A stretch of 64,000 nucleotides of DNA from the human T2T-CHM13v2.0 reference genome, Homo sapiens, in contig CP068257.2 in assembly GCA_009914755.4 (NCBI GenBank), positions 13,280,001-13,344,000 of the forward strand, in the 5' to 3' direction. Within the stretch, counting starts at the first letter, position 1; each line of letters starts with the position of its first letter. The position numbers and the translations under genes are program-made. Positions 22,072-37,235 of the stretch are shown piece by piece. A model generated the notes under the pieces. That model was not told where the DNA came from, made no database searches, and was given only the letters and a program-made list of their open reading frames with translations.

Positions 22072-23515
22072 TGTTTCAGGTTCTCTCTTGTCTCCAAACC
22101 ATTGCTAATGCTATTTCCATGTCTGATGTTCCAAGGAAAATATTATTTCCTCTAGAAAGCCCGACTGCCTCTCAGATTTGTTAGGTGCTTTCCTACTGCA
22201 CCCTGTCAGAGCACAAAATGGTAATCGCAGTTTGTCTGTCCCCCTTATTAGTCTTTAAGCGAATTAGACTTTAAATTCTAAAAGCAGCTATCAGATCTGT
22301 CTTGGTCCTCATTGTATTCCTAGGACCTTGCTGTAGAGTGGGTGCTAATAAATATTTTTGTTAAGTGAATGAATGTATGTATGAATTGCTTTGGCTCTAA
22401 CTGGAATTTGTCTATACCATGGATCGTGGATGCTTTGTCTATGGCTTATAATATCAATTGTTCCATTTTGACTTATTTCATTCCTAGAAAATTTGTCCTA
22501 TGCTTTGTTATTTATAATCACATTAATGATTTATTTCAGAATATACTGTAATATAAAAAATGATGCATGCTAAATAAAATCTGGCAGGTTTTTTTTTTTC
22601 CCCACCATTAGGAAGGAAATGGAGGTGTAAATACATTTAAAATTCACCATGGGGTGATGGAATGCACGACTTTTGGGCAACCTTAAAACTGTCCTTTCAA
22701 TTTTAAATCCACACACCAACAGAGGGGATAATTTTAAGTCTCTCTTTGTTGAGAGCTTCAGGGGAGAGTGTGTAGAGTGGATTTTTTCTGATTCAAAATG
22801 AAGAGATACATGAAAACTACCAAAGTCAAGGCACTTCATAGAGAAAAGTATGATGCTTTCATTGCTGAAGAGACCCAACTAAAGTCTAATGCAGAGGATG
22901 AGAAAGAAAGAGGGCTTGTCATATTCTTCAGCCAGCACAACCTTCCCTTCATGTTTACATCAACAGCAGTGGTGCCTCCCGGTCTGATGTTTACATAAAG
23001 CTGAGAGTCAACTGGATACCCTGGCTCCATGCTGGCCCAAGGCAGAGCTGACCACAGCAGGTAACAGGCACCTGGACGGGGCTCCCCATGGGCCATCAGG
23101 GGTTCTCATCAGCTTCTCTTAGCCGGCAGATTTTGAACAGTGGGTATGTTCCAAATGTGTCAGGGCATATTTTTCAAACATCACTGCAGATTCATTCGTT
23201 ATGTCTTGCCTTTTTTTAGACCTTGACAATAAAGGGACAGTTTTAACCAAGGAAGGGAAAGAGAAGCTCGTGCACACTGATATTTTATGACATGCTAGGA
23301 TCCACAGTGAGATTAACCTATTTCTTTGAGATCTTTGGGGTCCTATTTTCTCTGACTCCTCATTATTTTCCTTTCCAAGACAGCAATTACATCTTCAAAG
23401 GAGGAAGATTCACACCACACTTTCATGTTTATGTGCTCTGAATTCCTATGTATTTCAAAGTGTATACCTTAAGGTAAACTTTGAAAAAACACAGGCCACT
23501 GTATTCTGCTCCAGT

Positions 23516-23517
<2 letters not shown>

Positions 23518-23554
<37 letters not shown>
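23518..23554. repeat. (GT)n dinucleotide microsatellite, about 17 units
   Basis: An uninterrupted gtgtgt... run is seen directly. Confidence 0.95.
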
Positions 23555-23555
<1 letters not shown>

Positions 23556-23829
23556 TCAACTTAGAATATGCACACCTCAAGCACAAGAATCTTCTCTTTG
23601 CTTTATTATTCTCCACAGGAAATACTTGATACTAAAATTTTCACATGCACATAAAAAAGACAAAGATCTGTAACATATTTTGTGCATGTTTAGTGAAGCC
23701 TGCACTTACCCTAGGAAGACATTTAGAGGAACAGAATTTAGAGAATTAAAATGGACTTTTTCGTATTTCATTATTTCCCATGTAGTAGCAAGTAATGTAT
23801 TACATTCTTAGGGCTTCTGTAAAAAATCA

Positions 23830-24230
23830 CCATAAACTTGGTGGCTTAAAACAATAGAAATTTATTCTCTCACTGTTCTGGAGACCAGAAGTCCAAAATC
23901 AGTTACACGGGGCCAAAATCAAGATGTCTGCAGGGACACATTCCTTCCAGATGCTCTCAGAGAGAACCTGTTCCCAGCTTCTCCCAGCTTCTGGTGGCTG
24001 CCAACGTGTCTTGGCTTGTGGCCCCATCACTCCAATGTCTGCCTCTGTGGTCACATTGCTTTTTTCTCTGCTGTCTGTGTCAAGTCTCCCTGCTGCCTCT
24101 CTCTCATAAAGACTTGTAATTGCATTTGGTACCTGTCTGAATAATCCATGGTAATCTTCCCATCTGAAACTCTTAACCTTAATCATATCTACAAACAATA
24201 TTTTACCATCTAAGGTAACAGTCACAGGTT
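23830..24230. repeat. Unclassified ancient mammalian interspersed repeat
   Basis: The sequence cttaaaacaatagaaatttattctctcactgttctggagaccagaagtccaaaatcag ... ctctcataaagac matches a very common old repeat family that I recognise by pattern but cannot confidently name. Confidence 0.3.
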
Positions 24231-27200
24231 CCAGGTATTAAGAGATGGACATCCATTTAAGGACTATATTCAGCCTACCACAGGTGGTGAAGGCATTGTC
24301 TTAATAAAAACAAATTTCCTCTGGGGTGCAAGCAAGCCAAGGGAAACAGAAGATAAGAAGTACAAGCTGTGATAGAAAGAACTGCCCTCAATAAAAATTT
24401 CATGCTGACCCTGTAATTCAGAAATCAATGCAAAAATAAGCTCCTGACTCTGGAAGAGGATTGTGTTTCAAAATTTTGTGAGTCGGTTGTTTAAAGTTGG
24501 GATCTTACATCACTTTTCTATAGAAATAATAATACTTAAGACAATTTTGATTCTAGTGAGCCACTAAAGCTAATTAGACATAACTGAGGTATAGAAATAG
24601 TTTACTTTTGTCTTCTAAGAATCTATTCTATGGAAATAATCAGAATGCAAAAACTCAAAATGTGTTGTGAAGATGTTTTTAGCCACATTATGTACCATAG
24701 CATAAAAAAAGATAGAAGGGAGAACTTAAATATGCAACAACATGGAAAGGTTTATGCAAATTATAGAATATCCACATGATGGAATGTTATGCAACCATAT
24801 TAAGTTGAGGTAAAATTGTTAAAGACATGAGAAAATGTGCATACAACACTGAAGTGAAATATTGACAATATTTTTTGCTCGTGAATCTGTGATTTGGACA
24901 GAGCTCAGTAGGGACAGCTTTTCTCTTCTCCACTTGGCATCAACTACAGCAGCTCAGAGGCTGGAATCATCTGAAGGCTCACTCACTCATATGTCCAGCA
25001 ATGGATACCGCTGTCAGAACACCTACACCTAGGCTTTCAATGTGACCTTGCCTTCCTCACAACACAGTGGCTGGGTTCCAAGAATCGTGTCCCAAGAATG
25101 AAAGCCAGACAGAACCGTATCACCTTTCATGACCTGACCATTAAAGCCAGGTAATGCCACTTTTGTCACCTTGCATTCACCAAGGCAGTCCCAAGGCCTG
25201 GCCAGTTCTAGATGGAGGTAAAATATGACCCCACCCCTTATACAGAGGCAAGGTTCTGACACTAGAAATATTGTCTGGTCATTTTTGGAAAATAGAGCCT
25301 CTCACACAACGACACAAGCTATATACAAAGCATAATTCTGATAATGTTAAACACAAAATCGTAATTACTAAACACATAACTAAACACATAAACACATTAG
25401 AAGGAAGTAGTAATATTTTATATAAATATAAATAACTAATTTTCTTTCTATCTTGGTGGTAGAACTATGGGTCATTTTTATTCTCCATGTGCTTTTTGGA
25501 ATTCATTATAAATTTTAGCATCAAATATATTTGCTGTGAGTGAAAATACAAACTGACTTATTAGAACAGAGAGCATGTGAACAGCACTTAATACATCACC
25601 CTTATATGTAATATATTATGTAATCCTGGCAATAATCTGGTGGGCAAAGGAGACAAAACTCATTTTCAGGCCAAGAATCTGAGACTCAGACAAGCTTACT
25701 GCTAGTTTGTGGTGGATCTGGACCTCGAATACCAGGCTTTTGACTCCAAAGTCTTGTTTCCTAGTGTATTCTCGTTCCATGGTTTCTCCTTTAAATGGAT
25801 TGGAAATTGCAGCTAATGTGTGTCATCCTCCAGGCGAGAATCTCTCTGCCATCTTCATGCTCTTCATTGCCATAGTCATAAATGATCCCTCTTCCCTCTC
25901 CATAGCATCTTTTTTGTCCTAGAGGTAGGTCTTGGGAAAGGGAGAATGAAAACCTTGGAGAAGCTTCTGAAAAGGTTCAGGAAAAAGAGAATGGGGAAAG
26001 GCAGAAGTTTGAGATGAGGGCTTGGGAGAATTCTCTTGCAGTGAGAAACATAAGCAGGAGTATAGGGGCAATTTTGGCTTCTGTTGAAAGAGGGCTGAAA
26101 TAGCACAGGGAGGGATTGAAGCATGCCTTGATCCTTGACTACACTGATGCTGAGATAAGATAGATGAGAAAAAAGAGAGCAGGGACAACTTTCAGAAGGA
26201 TGGTCGTTTCTATAAGGAAGAGGAGAAGTTTCATAGGATAGAGCAGTAAAGGAGTGATTTTCCAGTTCTAGGAGCTGTTCATAAAGAAATGAAGGATTTT
26301 CATAATGTGAGTGCTGGTAAATCAGAAATTGCCACTAAATCTGGGGGGAAAAAAGGCTATTTAGCTTAAGAATTCAATGGAAATTAAATGAATTGAAACA
26401 ACCCCAAATTTTTTTTTGAGTTGAACTTTGCTTTAGAATATATTTAGGTTTAAGTGGAATATCTCATTTTTTTAAAAGGAAGAACTTAGTCATATAAACA
26501 AACTGAAATAATAAAATCAGTAAATGTGTATGGGTATACAGTTATCTGATACTATAAGCAAGCATCCTTCTGTTGCTATACAGATCCTAGATGAAAGAAC
26601 TCATCCTCATTCATTTTGAGTCCTACGGAGTCAGCAGTACCAAACTCCATCAATCCCTTATTAGACCTCATCATCTTCCTTCCAGTATGCAGATAGAGCT
26701 TATTTTACAAACTAAGCCTTTTTCTTGAGATTGGTAAATATTGTTTGAGCCCTTAAGCCCTTAATTTTCGCATCTAGCCTATTGTCCATAGTCTGAAGAG
26801 GGAAAGCAAACATTAAGATATAATCAAATTTAATTTTGTGATCAAAAGATCAGTGTTCTATGCTCCAGAAAATCAAGTATAAAAGGAAGACATTTAATGA
26901 ATGCTCACCAACGTTTCTGATTCTTCTTCTCCTAGGCCTATTATGTAATTACATTTCCATCCCCTTTAGGTTGAGGAGACCAGTACTTTGATTAGTGCAA
27001 TGCAAGGAGAAGTGTTTGGTCCTTTAACAGTTAGGGCTCCATTCACCACATTCTTTCCCCTCTGCCATGATAACCAGTGACATTTACAGATAGTGGAGGC
27101 TTCATCACCCTCGGCACCAGAGAGAGGATGAGGTGGAACAGTGTCCCCTGCCAACCCAGGATGGGCAGGTATCAAAAAAATTAAATAAACTTTTTTGGTT

Positions 27201-27479
27201 CTCCGTCACGGAGAGTTTAGACTTGTGTGATACTGCCACACAGTCTTTCACTGGATTCATACATTCGGTGAAACTGGTGGGCTTGGAAATGATGGTTAAA
27301 CATTTCTTGAGCATCAGAGGGGCAGGAAATTTAAATTACTAGAAGGTAAGCTTCCAGCCTCTGAACATGTATCAAAAACAAGTGAAGGAAAACTTATCTC
27401 CACACAAAACCCTGAACACTAGTAGCAGCTTCATAAATAATTGTAAAATTTTGGAAGCAACCGAGGCATCTTTTAATAA

Positions 27480-28010
27480 GCTAATGGATAATCAAACTGT
27501 GTTACATCCCATACAATGGAATATTATTCGGTAATAAAAAGAAGTGAGATATTAAGCCACAAAAAGACAGGAAGAAACCTTAAATGCACATTACTAAGTG
27601 GATGCGTCACTCTGAAAAGGCGACACACTGTATGATTTCAACTACGTGACAGTATTGTAAAGGGCAAAACTGGTGGCAGTAATCAGCCATTGTCAAGGGC
27701 TTATCGTAGAGATGAAGGTAGGGATGGGTGAATCACAGGGGAGTTTTAGGGCAGTGAAACTATTCTATTGCCAAAACCCATAGAACGTATAACACAAAGA
27801 GTGAAGCCCAATGTAAACTATGGACATTAGTTAATAACAAGGTATCAATACTGGTTCATCAGTTGTAATAGGTATATCATATTAATCAAGATGTTAATTT
27901 AAGGGAAACCAGGGGAGTTGGAAGAGGGGGTATCTGGAAAAATCTTTGCACTTTCTGTTTAGCTTTTCTGTAAACCTAAAACTGCTCAAAAATTCAGCTA
28001 GAAAAGCAAA
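27480..28010 (+). repeat. Ancient L1 (L1M-class) 3'-end fragment
   Basis: The segment caatggaatattattcggtaataaaaagaagtgagatattaagc ... ctgtatgatttcaactacgtg ... aaactggtggcagtaatcagccattgtcaaggg resembles the L1M 3'-terminal consensus (ggaatactactcagccataaaaaa ... ccgtatgatttcacttatatgtgg ... aaactggtggttgccagagg). Confidence 0.4.
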
Positions 28011-28540
28011 TAAAGGATATTTTAACTTAACAAAATACCAAAGATCCATTTACGTGATTACAAAGTGAAGAGGTAAGTGGTGGCAGGTTGTTGAATTGAG
28101 GGTTGGTCTGGTGGGCTTAATTGTGGAATACTTCGACGCACACAAAGGGTCATACATTTGGATATTATCCAGAAGAGGACATAAAAAAAATGAATGAGCT
28201 TCTTGGAGAGAAGAGCATAAAAGACTAAGGTAAACTGTGGTAAGAAAGAATAGTCTTGAGAAGTAATTGTAAGTGATTTTGTCCTCATGACCAGAAATAT
28301 GCCATCCTATGGACAGAAATAATACTGCATCAAAACACTGCTTAAGCAAGTTACCCTGCAGGAATGTTAATTCCAGTATACATTTATTTGGTAATCAGAG
28401 ATAAGTAGGAGAGATTCACTTTTGTAATGGCAAAGCCGATCTTTCCAAAATGCCTCACAGTGGAAAGGAGGTTTGCAGTGTGTGAGGAACCCTGCTAACG
28501 CCCACTCAAGTGCAACAATATAACTGGTAAAAATTATTTA

Positions 28541-28887
<347 letters not shown>

Positions 28888-30253
28888 CTAACGTGATATG
28901 GCATACGAAGAAACAGTAATAAAGAAAATTTCTTAAATCTAGATAAGAAAAATGAGAGTCCATGGCACTAGAGCCATGGCCTGCTCCTACTCTCCCTCAC
29001 AGTTTAATGTGATGAAGCTCCACTCAAGTTGGGTGTGGCCAGGAAGATGAGGTTCTCCCTCCTCAGCCTCTAGTTAAGGATGACGGTATCTCTTTGGGAT
29101 TGGCAGGAATTTCTCATCCCTGTGAAGCTCCATGTTACAGGGGCTAAATTCCAGGCAAATTTCTTTGGAAATCAGGGGCTGTCTTCCTCTACCCACCCCC
29201 GCCTTCTCTTGCCTCCACTCTAGGTGTGCCAGGCCAAGAATACTTGAGTGTCATTGCCTTCACCTCTGCTCACTCATAGGATAGAGGTTCCCCACTGGAA
29301 AAACAAGCTGAAAAGACCAGAGGCAACTGTCTCTACCCAGCTCCCTGCTTCCAAAGCAGGGGTGTCACTCTGCGAGAAGTAGGCCACTATCTCTGTCCCC
29401 AGATCTCAAGCAGTGGCTGAGAAATTTTGCCTAGGGGATGTGGCAGGCCATAAGAACAAAAGGGCATATTCTTTTTTCTAATTGCTAAGGCAATTTGGGT
29501 ACCTAGGCATGATGTTTGATGGTATATTTCTTAGGTTGCTATTTGGTTTGGTTTAGAGGGGGGAGAACGTGGTTGATAAGGCCTCTTATCTCTCTGTAGT
29601 CCACAGTTTCAAATCCCAATTCTACCAGTTTACAACCTTACCCAAGGGGGAAAGATGCTGAGAAAAACAAATTTTATTTTAAATATGCAGACTCACAAGA
29701 AACTTCCTGTCTTCCATGAGAGTAAAAAAGTACGACTATCCTCTATATAGTTAGGTTAGAAGTCTTCTTGGTTTCCTCAAGCTAGAAAGGAGCTTATAGG
29801 AAGAGAACAGCATAGGGAAGATCCCCCTTTCCTTAGCAAAGCTAGGGACATTGTAATTCGAACTTCTCTGTCCTCCTGCTAAATACATCTAGCTGTCTCC
29901 ATGGTCCTTGTAAGTCCATAGATACCCACCTGAAAATGCCCCCTTTATTTGAGAAATACAGTCTTGAAGCATGGCCTCATATTGGACAGAGATCATAATG
30001 AGTCCTCTTTCTCAGTATTTCTTGGTGAGGGAAGAGGGACTATTCCATCCCCACTGTAAACAGATCTCCTCATCCTGGATATGCTCTATATTTACATTGT
30101 TCAGAGCCATCTGGAATGATCTAGAATATAACAAGAGTGATATCAACCCAGACCTTACTTTCTCTCTTTGGGGTGGGGTGGGGATAGGAAATGAGGTTTT
30201 TGAGGAGGGCAAATAAAATGCAATCGTTAAAAAATAAAATGTTGATTACATTA

Positions 30254-30447
<194 letters not shown>

Positions 30448-30777
30448 ATGTATGTACTAGGCACTCACTGAATGTAAGATTAAGAAGATGCACTTTCTTG
30501 CCTTCAGAAGGAATACAAAGTTACAAAGTATGTTGTTAACCATTGTAATAAGTGCAATAAGCATTTGGTATTTCAAAGGGCTGAGAAACACACTCTGTCC
30601 GACAATAGTGAATTAGGGAGGGAGGGCTTCTTTGAGGAAGTAAATGTGTTAGGTTTGAAAGATGAACAGGAGTTTACCAGGTTCCCAATGAGCAAAGGAA
30701 GGAAGTATTTTAGGCAGAGAATGTTACATGACTGAAGTCACTGATGCCAAGAAAGCAGGAGCACTCAGGAAATAGTG
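30448..30777. repeat. Local duplication copy A (non-Alu part), paralogous to 31874-32212
   Basis: About 330 bp (tgtatgtactaggcactcactgaatgtaagattaagaagatgcactttcttgcc ... aagcaggagcactcaggaaatagtga) recurs 1.4 kb downstream with roughly 90-93% identity, judged by eye. Confidence 0.8.
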
Positions 30778-31584
30778 ATACAAAGTTGATATAAGAGATA
30801 AGCTTTTGTTTTCACATCAATTTAATACACTTTTATTAAGCACCCACCGAATCACCAAAAACCTGGTGGTTTGGTCTTCATAGATAAGTTGCCACCCTCA
30901 AAGCCCTCTACTGAAGGCGCACTCATGCTACGTGCCAAGTTCATAAGTGACACTGGTTTCTTGCATTTCCATACCGCCACGGACCCGGATTTCCTTGGGG
31001 ATCTGAAATAGCCTAATGCTAATTCCAGCTTCTATGCTGGTGAGGGTATTATCAGCAAGGAATTAGTTGAACCATACTCAGCAGGAGAGTATATTCTCTG
31101 CTATGATTGATTCTGGATAGTTCAGAAGAATGCAATCCTATGAAACATGATATATTCATTGGCTAATTTTCAGGACAGACCATGAATTCTGATCCCAGGC
31201 TCACCGCAGTACTATCGTCAGCTTCCCTGATAAAAGCAAAGCTTCTGAGATGCTCTTGCTATTGTTTGGAGGAAGGTATGGTTCAGCAGGTAATTAGGTT
31301 TTTATTGGCAAAATCTGCAAAGTTCCCATTCTCGTTTTAAGAACCAGTTTCTCTTATCAGGACTTTCCTAGTAGAGATCATATTTCTGCAGGAGATTTGA
31401 GAAGGCAGAAGGGAGAATGTCTGACCTGGCCCAGATAGATCATGAGCCCTAGGCTAGAGGTGACTAGGGAGGCTGGGACTTGCCTCAGGGACGTGGTTGC
31501 GCCCCTACATTATACATTACTTAGTTTCCTTCCAGACAGGGAGGGGAGCCTTTCATTTTTTTGTTTGAGATCACCTTTCATTCA

Positions 31585-32212
<628 letters not shown>

Positions 32213-35200
32213 GGGAATGTTTGAATATGGAATGATTGGTGATGATGCACAGAATGCTGTTAGAGGGTAGGAGAACGAGTTGAAAAGGTGAAAATGCAGG
32301 CAGAGCCAGAAGTCTAAGGAGCTTGGAGGACACAGAATTAACCCCATGGGCTCACACTGGACACTAGTAGTTGTATCACTTTTGTTCGGCTAACACATGG
32401 ATTTTTCTTGTTTTAAAAATATTTGAACTAGAATAACTTTACCTCCTCCATTTAAGGTAGAGCCACCCCTTCCTACAGTATTCCACCAGAAGCCTTACAT
32501 TCTTTACTACTCCCCCAGGCCCCTAAAGACAAGTGAGTGTGCAATTTCATGAGCAATAAAAAGTCACCAGAGGATTTTAGGCAGATTTAACAGATTTGTA
32601 TTTTAGAATGATTGCTCTAGCAATAGTGGCTATTATCACAACTGGGAAGGGGAAGCAGGCCCAAGTAGATGCTAGAGCAATAACTGAGGTGAGACATGAT
32701 AACGCTCTGGGTTAAGGCAAAAGATATGGGTTGTAAGCTACAGATTAGGAAAGTCTTCAAAAAGTGGCTAGCGTAAGAAGAATCTGCTGAGGACCAACAT
32801 TTTTAGAAATAAGCAAATTCCCAACAAAGGGATAGAAGAACAAACTGGGGAGAATGGCTGTATACTGAATTCAAGATTGGGGCATGTTGAAATTTAGCTA
32901 ATAGGTTGACAAGCTGGATATTCATGAGTGGTAGGAAACAGAAGACAACTAGACAATTAGAAGGAACTTGGAATACAGTATGAGGTGCTTGAAGACATAG
33001 GGATGGCTGTTTCTGCTCAAGATGTAATGAAGGAAGAGACAGCTGTAAGGCAGAATATCGGCAGTTATGGGAAAATAAATCTGTTATGAGACCAGATGAA
33101 ATTAGCATTAAGAAGAGAACTAGGAGACACTGGGTTGTGAAAACCAAAGAGAAAAATGGGTCAATGGCTTGCCCAGGCCAGAAATGCAAGTAGAAGGAGT
33201 TGCTGCTTCTGACTCAGGCCTGCCTGTTTTCTGAGTGATTTTTGATTGCTACACTCTTGGTATATATCATCTATAATAGTCAAAGTAGGCCAGAACTTCA
33301 CCCTTAAGCATCTCAGTCTCCCCAGAACAGGCCTTTCCAGAGTGAACTACAAGCAGGAAATCTCCCCTTCAGAGGGCTGTCTATTCTTTGGCAGGTAGAC
33401 CTGACTTTAGTAGTAAAGGCACAAAATTCTCTGGGATGCAAGCAATTCCAAAGGGATCTAAAAGACCATCCCTGCTGCTTACTTTGGAAAGATTATCATG
33501 ATTATCTTTATTAGCACAGAACTATGTAAAGTGAGGTAGATTTTATTATGGAGGTGAAAGTGTGGGTAGGAGCAGGTAATCATGCTTGAGCCCACTAAGC
33601 CCTAAATTCATCTACCCTCTCTCTGGTCAGACTATCCCCAGAGTTTAGCCATGTGTAAGTCCCCATTCTTGACTCCACTTAGGAGATAAAAATCTCTTTG
33701 TGGATGTTGTTGGGGGTGGGGAATGGAAGCTTCCCCCCTGCCCCGACATTGTTGTCAACTGTCCTTAGAAAAGCAGAAAAGAGCAAAGAGCTCTATGGAC
33801 AAAAGCCCAGATTTTTATGGACACAGGGAAAGGCCACTGCAGCTTTAAAGAAACACTTTCTCTGTTGAAGTGGGGTCGGAAATGTAATGGAAGTAGGTAG
33901 CAAACTCAAAGGTATGGTCTTGTGAGAAAAAGTATTTATTTGTTATAGGAAAGCAATCAGGGAAAAGGGAGAGAAAGGCCTTCGCTAGAGATCTAAAGCT
34001 TATTGATCAGTGTGTGTTACAGCATTGAACCCACTGGTATTATTCCCATACTTTAGTCTCTCCCACAGACTGGATTGAGCCCGTTTTTATCCACATTAGG
34101 CTATCAGCACTCTAAGTGCTTTTCTAATGGACATTTCCCCCCCAAAAGTAAGGTAATTGAAAGGAGAAAGCCATGATTTAGAAGTTGCGGAAGTGGCGAA
34201 GGTTTGTATTACAACTTTGGTTTTTGAAAGTGACTACAAAATTATGAAGGGGAGAGAAACAGGATCTCTCCCAGTTTACCTAAGCATTTCTATATACTCA
34301 AAGACACCACTGTGAATCAAACAAGAACATAAGAAAACTCAGAAGACATGGGCAGAGAAGCAAAATGGCCAGGTACGATGTAAAATGTAACGAGGCTAGC
34401 TAGCACATCCAACCTGGTGCTAAAAGTCTTTTAAGGACTTGAAGCTAGCTTGTGGAAAGATCAGCTATTAATGTTTGCCAGAGGCAACCCTTAGGCCTTT
34501 AGAGAAAATTGTAGTTTTCCAATGATAAGAAAATTACCCCATGGTTCTGTTCTTGAATTATTTTATCAATTAGCTAAGGGAAAATACAATCTCAGACAAT
34601 GCACTGTACCTGCACTGCGGCTCTATTGTGTGGCATCATTCACATAGCTTTCCAAAAATGTGGGCTATGACAACTATAAAACGTTAGGTCATTTTCTTTT
34701 CCAGATGTGATCTCAGAGGTTAATGTTTCTCAGCTGAAGTGAGGAAAATGAATATTCCAAAAGGATTGCAGCTTTTCTTAAGGTTTGGAACACATACCAA
34801 TGAAGTTTGGTAAAGGCAACAGAGGGAAAGCAGGTGGTTGTCTAGGACTTTGTGTCAACATAAAGGCTGTAAGAAGACTTTTGAATGTCTCAAAAATTCT
34901 CTTCTGACTGCAAAGGTATACTATTTCAAAATTTGGTTTACTGATTAAAAGGTTTATATGCGTACTTTTAGACACTCATAAGAGGACATCAAAAGTGCAA
35001 CAGCACCTCCCCAGGACTGGAATTTATGGGACTCTATTTCCTATTATTCGGCCTCCAACTCAAGTACATAAATTTTGGCTTTTAGAGTGAGAGTCTTTAA
35101 CTTATTTATGAAGATGGAATCTGAAAAATGTTGTAGATATTGTTGTGCCAGCCACTTATAGAGAATTGGAGTATTAAATGATGCTAAATGATGCCAAAAG

Positions 35201-36443
35201 CTTCCTCTACCAACCCTTATAAGGTGAGGTAGTATTAGATACAAGTTTTATGGAATAAACAAAAAAATTACCAGTATGCTTAATAATGAACATTTAAAAC
35301 CTGTTTCCTACAGCCAAACAGGTCATAGTTGAGTGATACCAGTGGTAGGAAAATAAATTTCAAAATTACTTTTGTTGATGATTTTCCACACTAACAAGCT
35401 TGAAATAGAACCTTATATAGTATGTGATTTTAATCTGAATTGATTTTTAAAGACCCTCCATATTAAAGTCACAGGCACTATTTTATAATCAAGAATAGCT
35501 AACTGGTGCTTCTCTTCATAAAAATCCCTCCTGGGCAATTCACTACTTGATGCACTTGTCAGGGTTTTTCACCATGTAAATAAAAGAAGACATGGTTGTG
35601 CATCTCTCATTCTGTTATTATACAAATAGCAAGATGCAATTTTTCAACATTTTAATAATGTAGAACAGCAGGAAGTATTTTTATTACTTGAACATTTTTA
35701 GACATTTATAAACCTATTAAGAGAGAAGCTGCATGGATTACAATAGACCTATCTGGGTCCCAGGAAACAGAATTCCTCTTTGGGAAAATGTCTTTCTCAT
35801 AAATTATCATTATTTGTAAAAATAAAAATTCCTAAGCTGTTAAGTTTACCTGGGTACAAAGTTTTTTTTTTTTTCTTGGAATCCACTGGTCTCTAATACT
35901 TATTGAGTATGTATGTTGCTTATCAATTACTCATTACCTATACACATACAGCATATATTTAAACATGTAAACACGTGTATATACATACACATTCATTTTT
36001 GGAAAATTATTAAACTCCTTTTTCTTTTATTTAAAATAAACCACACCCATTAAAAACTGGATAAAAGCCTTCTGATAAAGTCTTATCCTAAAATGAAGTG
36101 TGTATGTATATACATATAGTCAACATTAATTTTGAATACTGCACAAACTATTTTCTAGTTTAAAAATTTACAGTGATCAACTAGTTACACACTGAATCAT
36201 GGGAGAAAGGCCATAGGCTGATTGTCACTTTGAGTTATGCCTTAATTACCCTGTTTCTAGTGCACTAACTTGCTAGCCACCTTCTTTTTTGTCCCCTTTA
36301 TTTTTCTAAGAAGGGCAAAACATCCTTGAAGATCACTGTTATATTCATAGCAATGTGTTTTACGTTTATGGAAAACCTAAAAACCAGAGAAAGCCCACAA
36401 AATAACAGTCATTTCAAACCAGAGACAATGCATTTTTTCTCAT

Positions 36444-36449
36444 TTATTC
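36444..36449 (-). terminator. NRIP1: Candidate polyadenylation signal AATAAA (minus strand) for NRIP1
   Basis: Plus-strand tttatt at 36444-36449 reads AATAAA on the minus strand. It is followed on the minus strand by tgagaaaaaatgcattgtctctggtttgaaatg, which contains a GU-rich stretch. An alternative AATAAA lies at 36297-36302. Confidence 0.3.
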
Positions 36450-37185
36450 AAATTCACTGCAGGAAGTAAACACTAAAAGATTAAAAAACAAAACAAAAAA
36501 ATTCACACTGCAGTATGTACAGTTTCATGACATCACATGAAGAAATTAAATTTCTAATAAAAATGGCAAATTATATTACTGAGCAGATCGCATCAAATTT
36601 GGTTGTGTAAACACCAGAATTCTTACTATGAATGGTAATGTGCCTATATTCCAGTATTGCTAATACTGGGATACTCTTGGAATAATGTTTGCAATGGGAT
36701 TAAAAAATTCATGAAAGTAGTTGTGTGAATTCTTTATGTTTAAAAGTGGTTGACGATTAAAAAAATTCTTTAAGACCCTTCGAATCAAAGCACATTCTTT
36801 CACAAAGCTTAAACCACAGACGTCATGTCCAGAAATGGAATACTGTCATGTTAGGATGAACATCTGATCTGATTTGTTAAGACATTTTGCCAAATGCACA
36901 GATGCACAGGGTCCCCCATGCACTTTTCATGCAGCAGGTAATCACAACTTAAATAAAAGGTTTATTCTATACATTTGTCCAGACTTGCAACTGTATACAT
37001 ACATGCACAACTTTTAAACCTGTCTGATTATATTTACACTTATACATGGAATATACAGGAACCAAAGAGATTAAAAGGCTTTTCTGTTGCATTAGAACAA
37101 TACAAAATATGTATTTTTCATTAAGGAAATCACTATTTACATCACCTTTAAAAACCGATTTTAACATCTTCATGTAACAAGTCAA

Positions 37186-37204
37186 TATATATATATATAC
37201 ATAT

Positions 37205-37235
<31 letters not shown>
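37186..37235. repeat. (TA)n microsatellite within the NRIP1 3' UTR
   Basis: The sequence atatatatatatacatattatatatatatatatatatata is seen directly. Confidence 0.9.

Noticed and set aside
23830-24230. Attempt to name the ancient repeat at 23830-24230 (considered MaLR LTR, MER-type DNA transposon and others)
   Set aside because: I recognise the pattern (…ttctggaggccagaagtccaaaatcag…cataaagac…) as a common old mammalian repeat but cannot assign the family with confidence from memory. I left it unclassified and would not guess.
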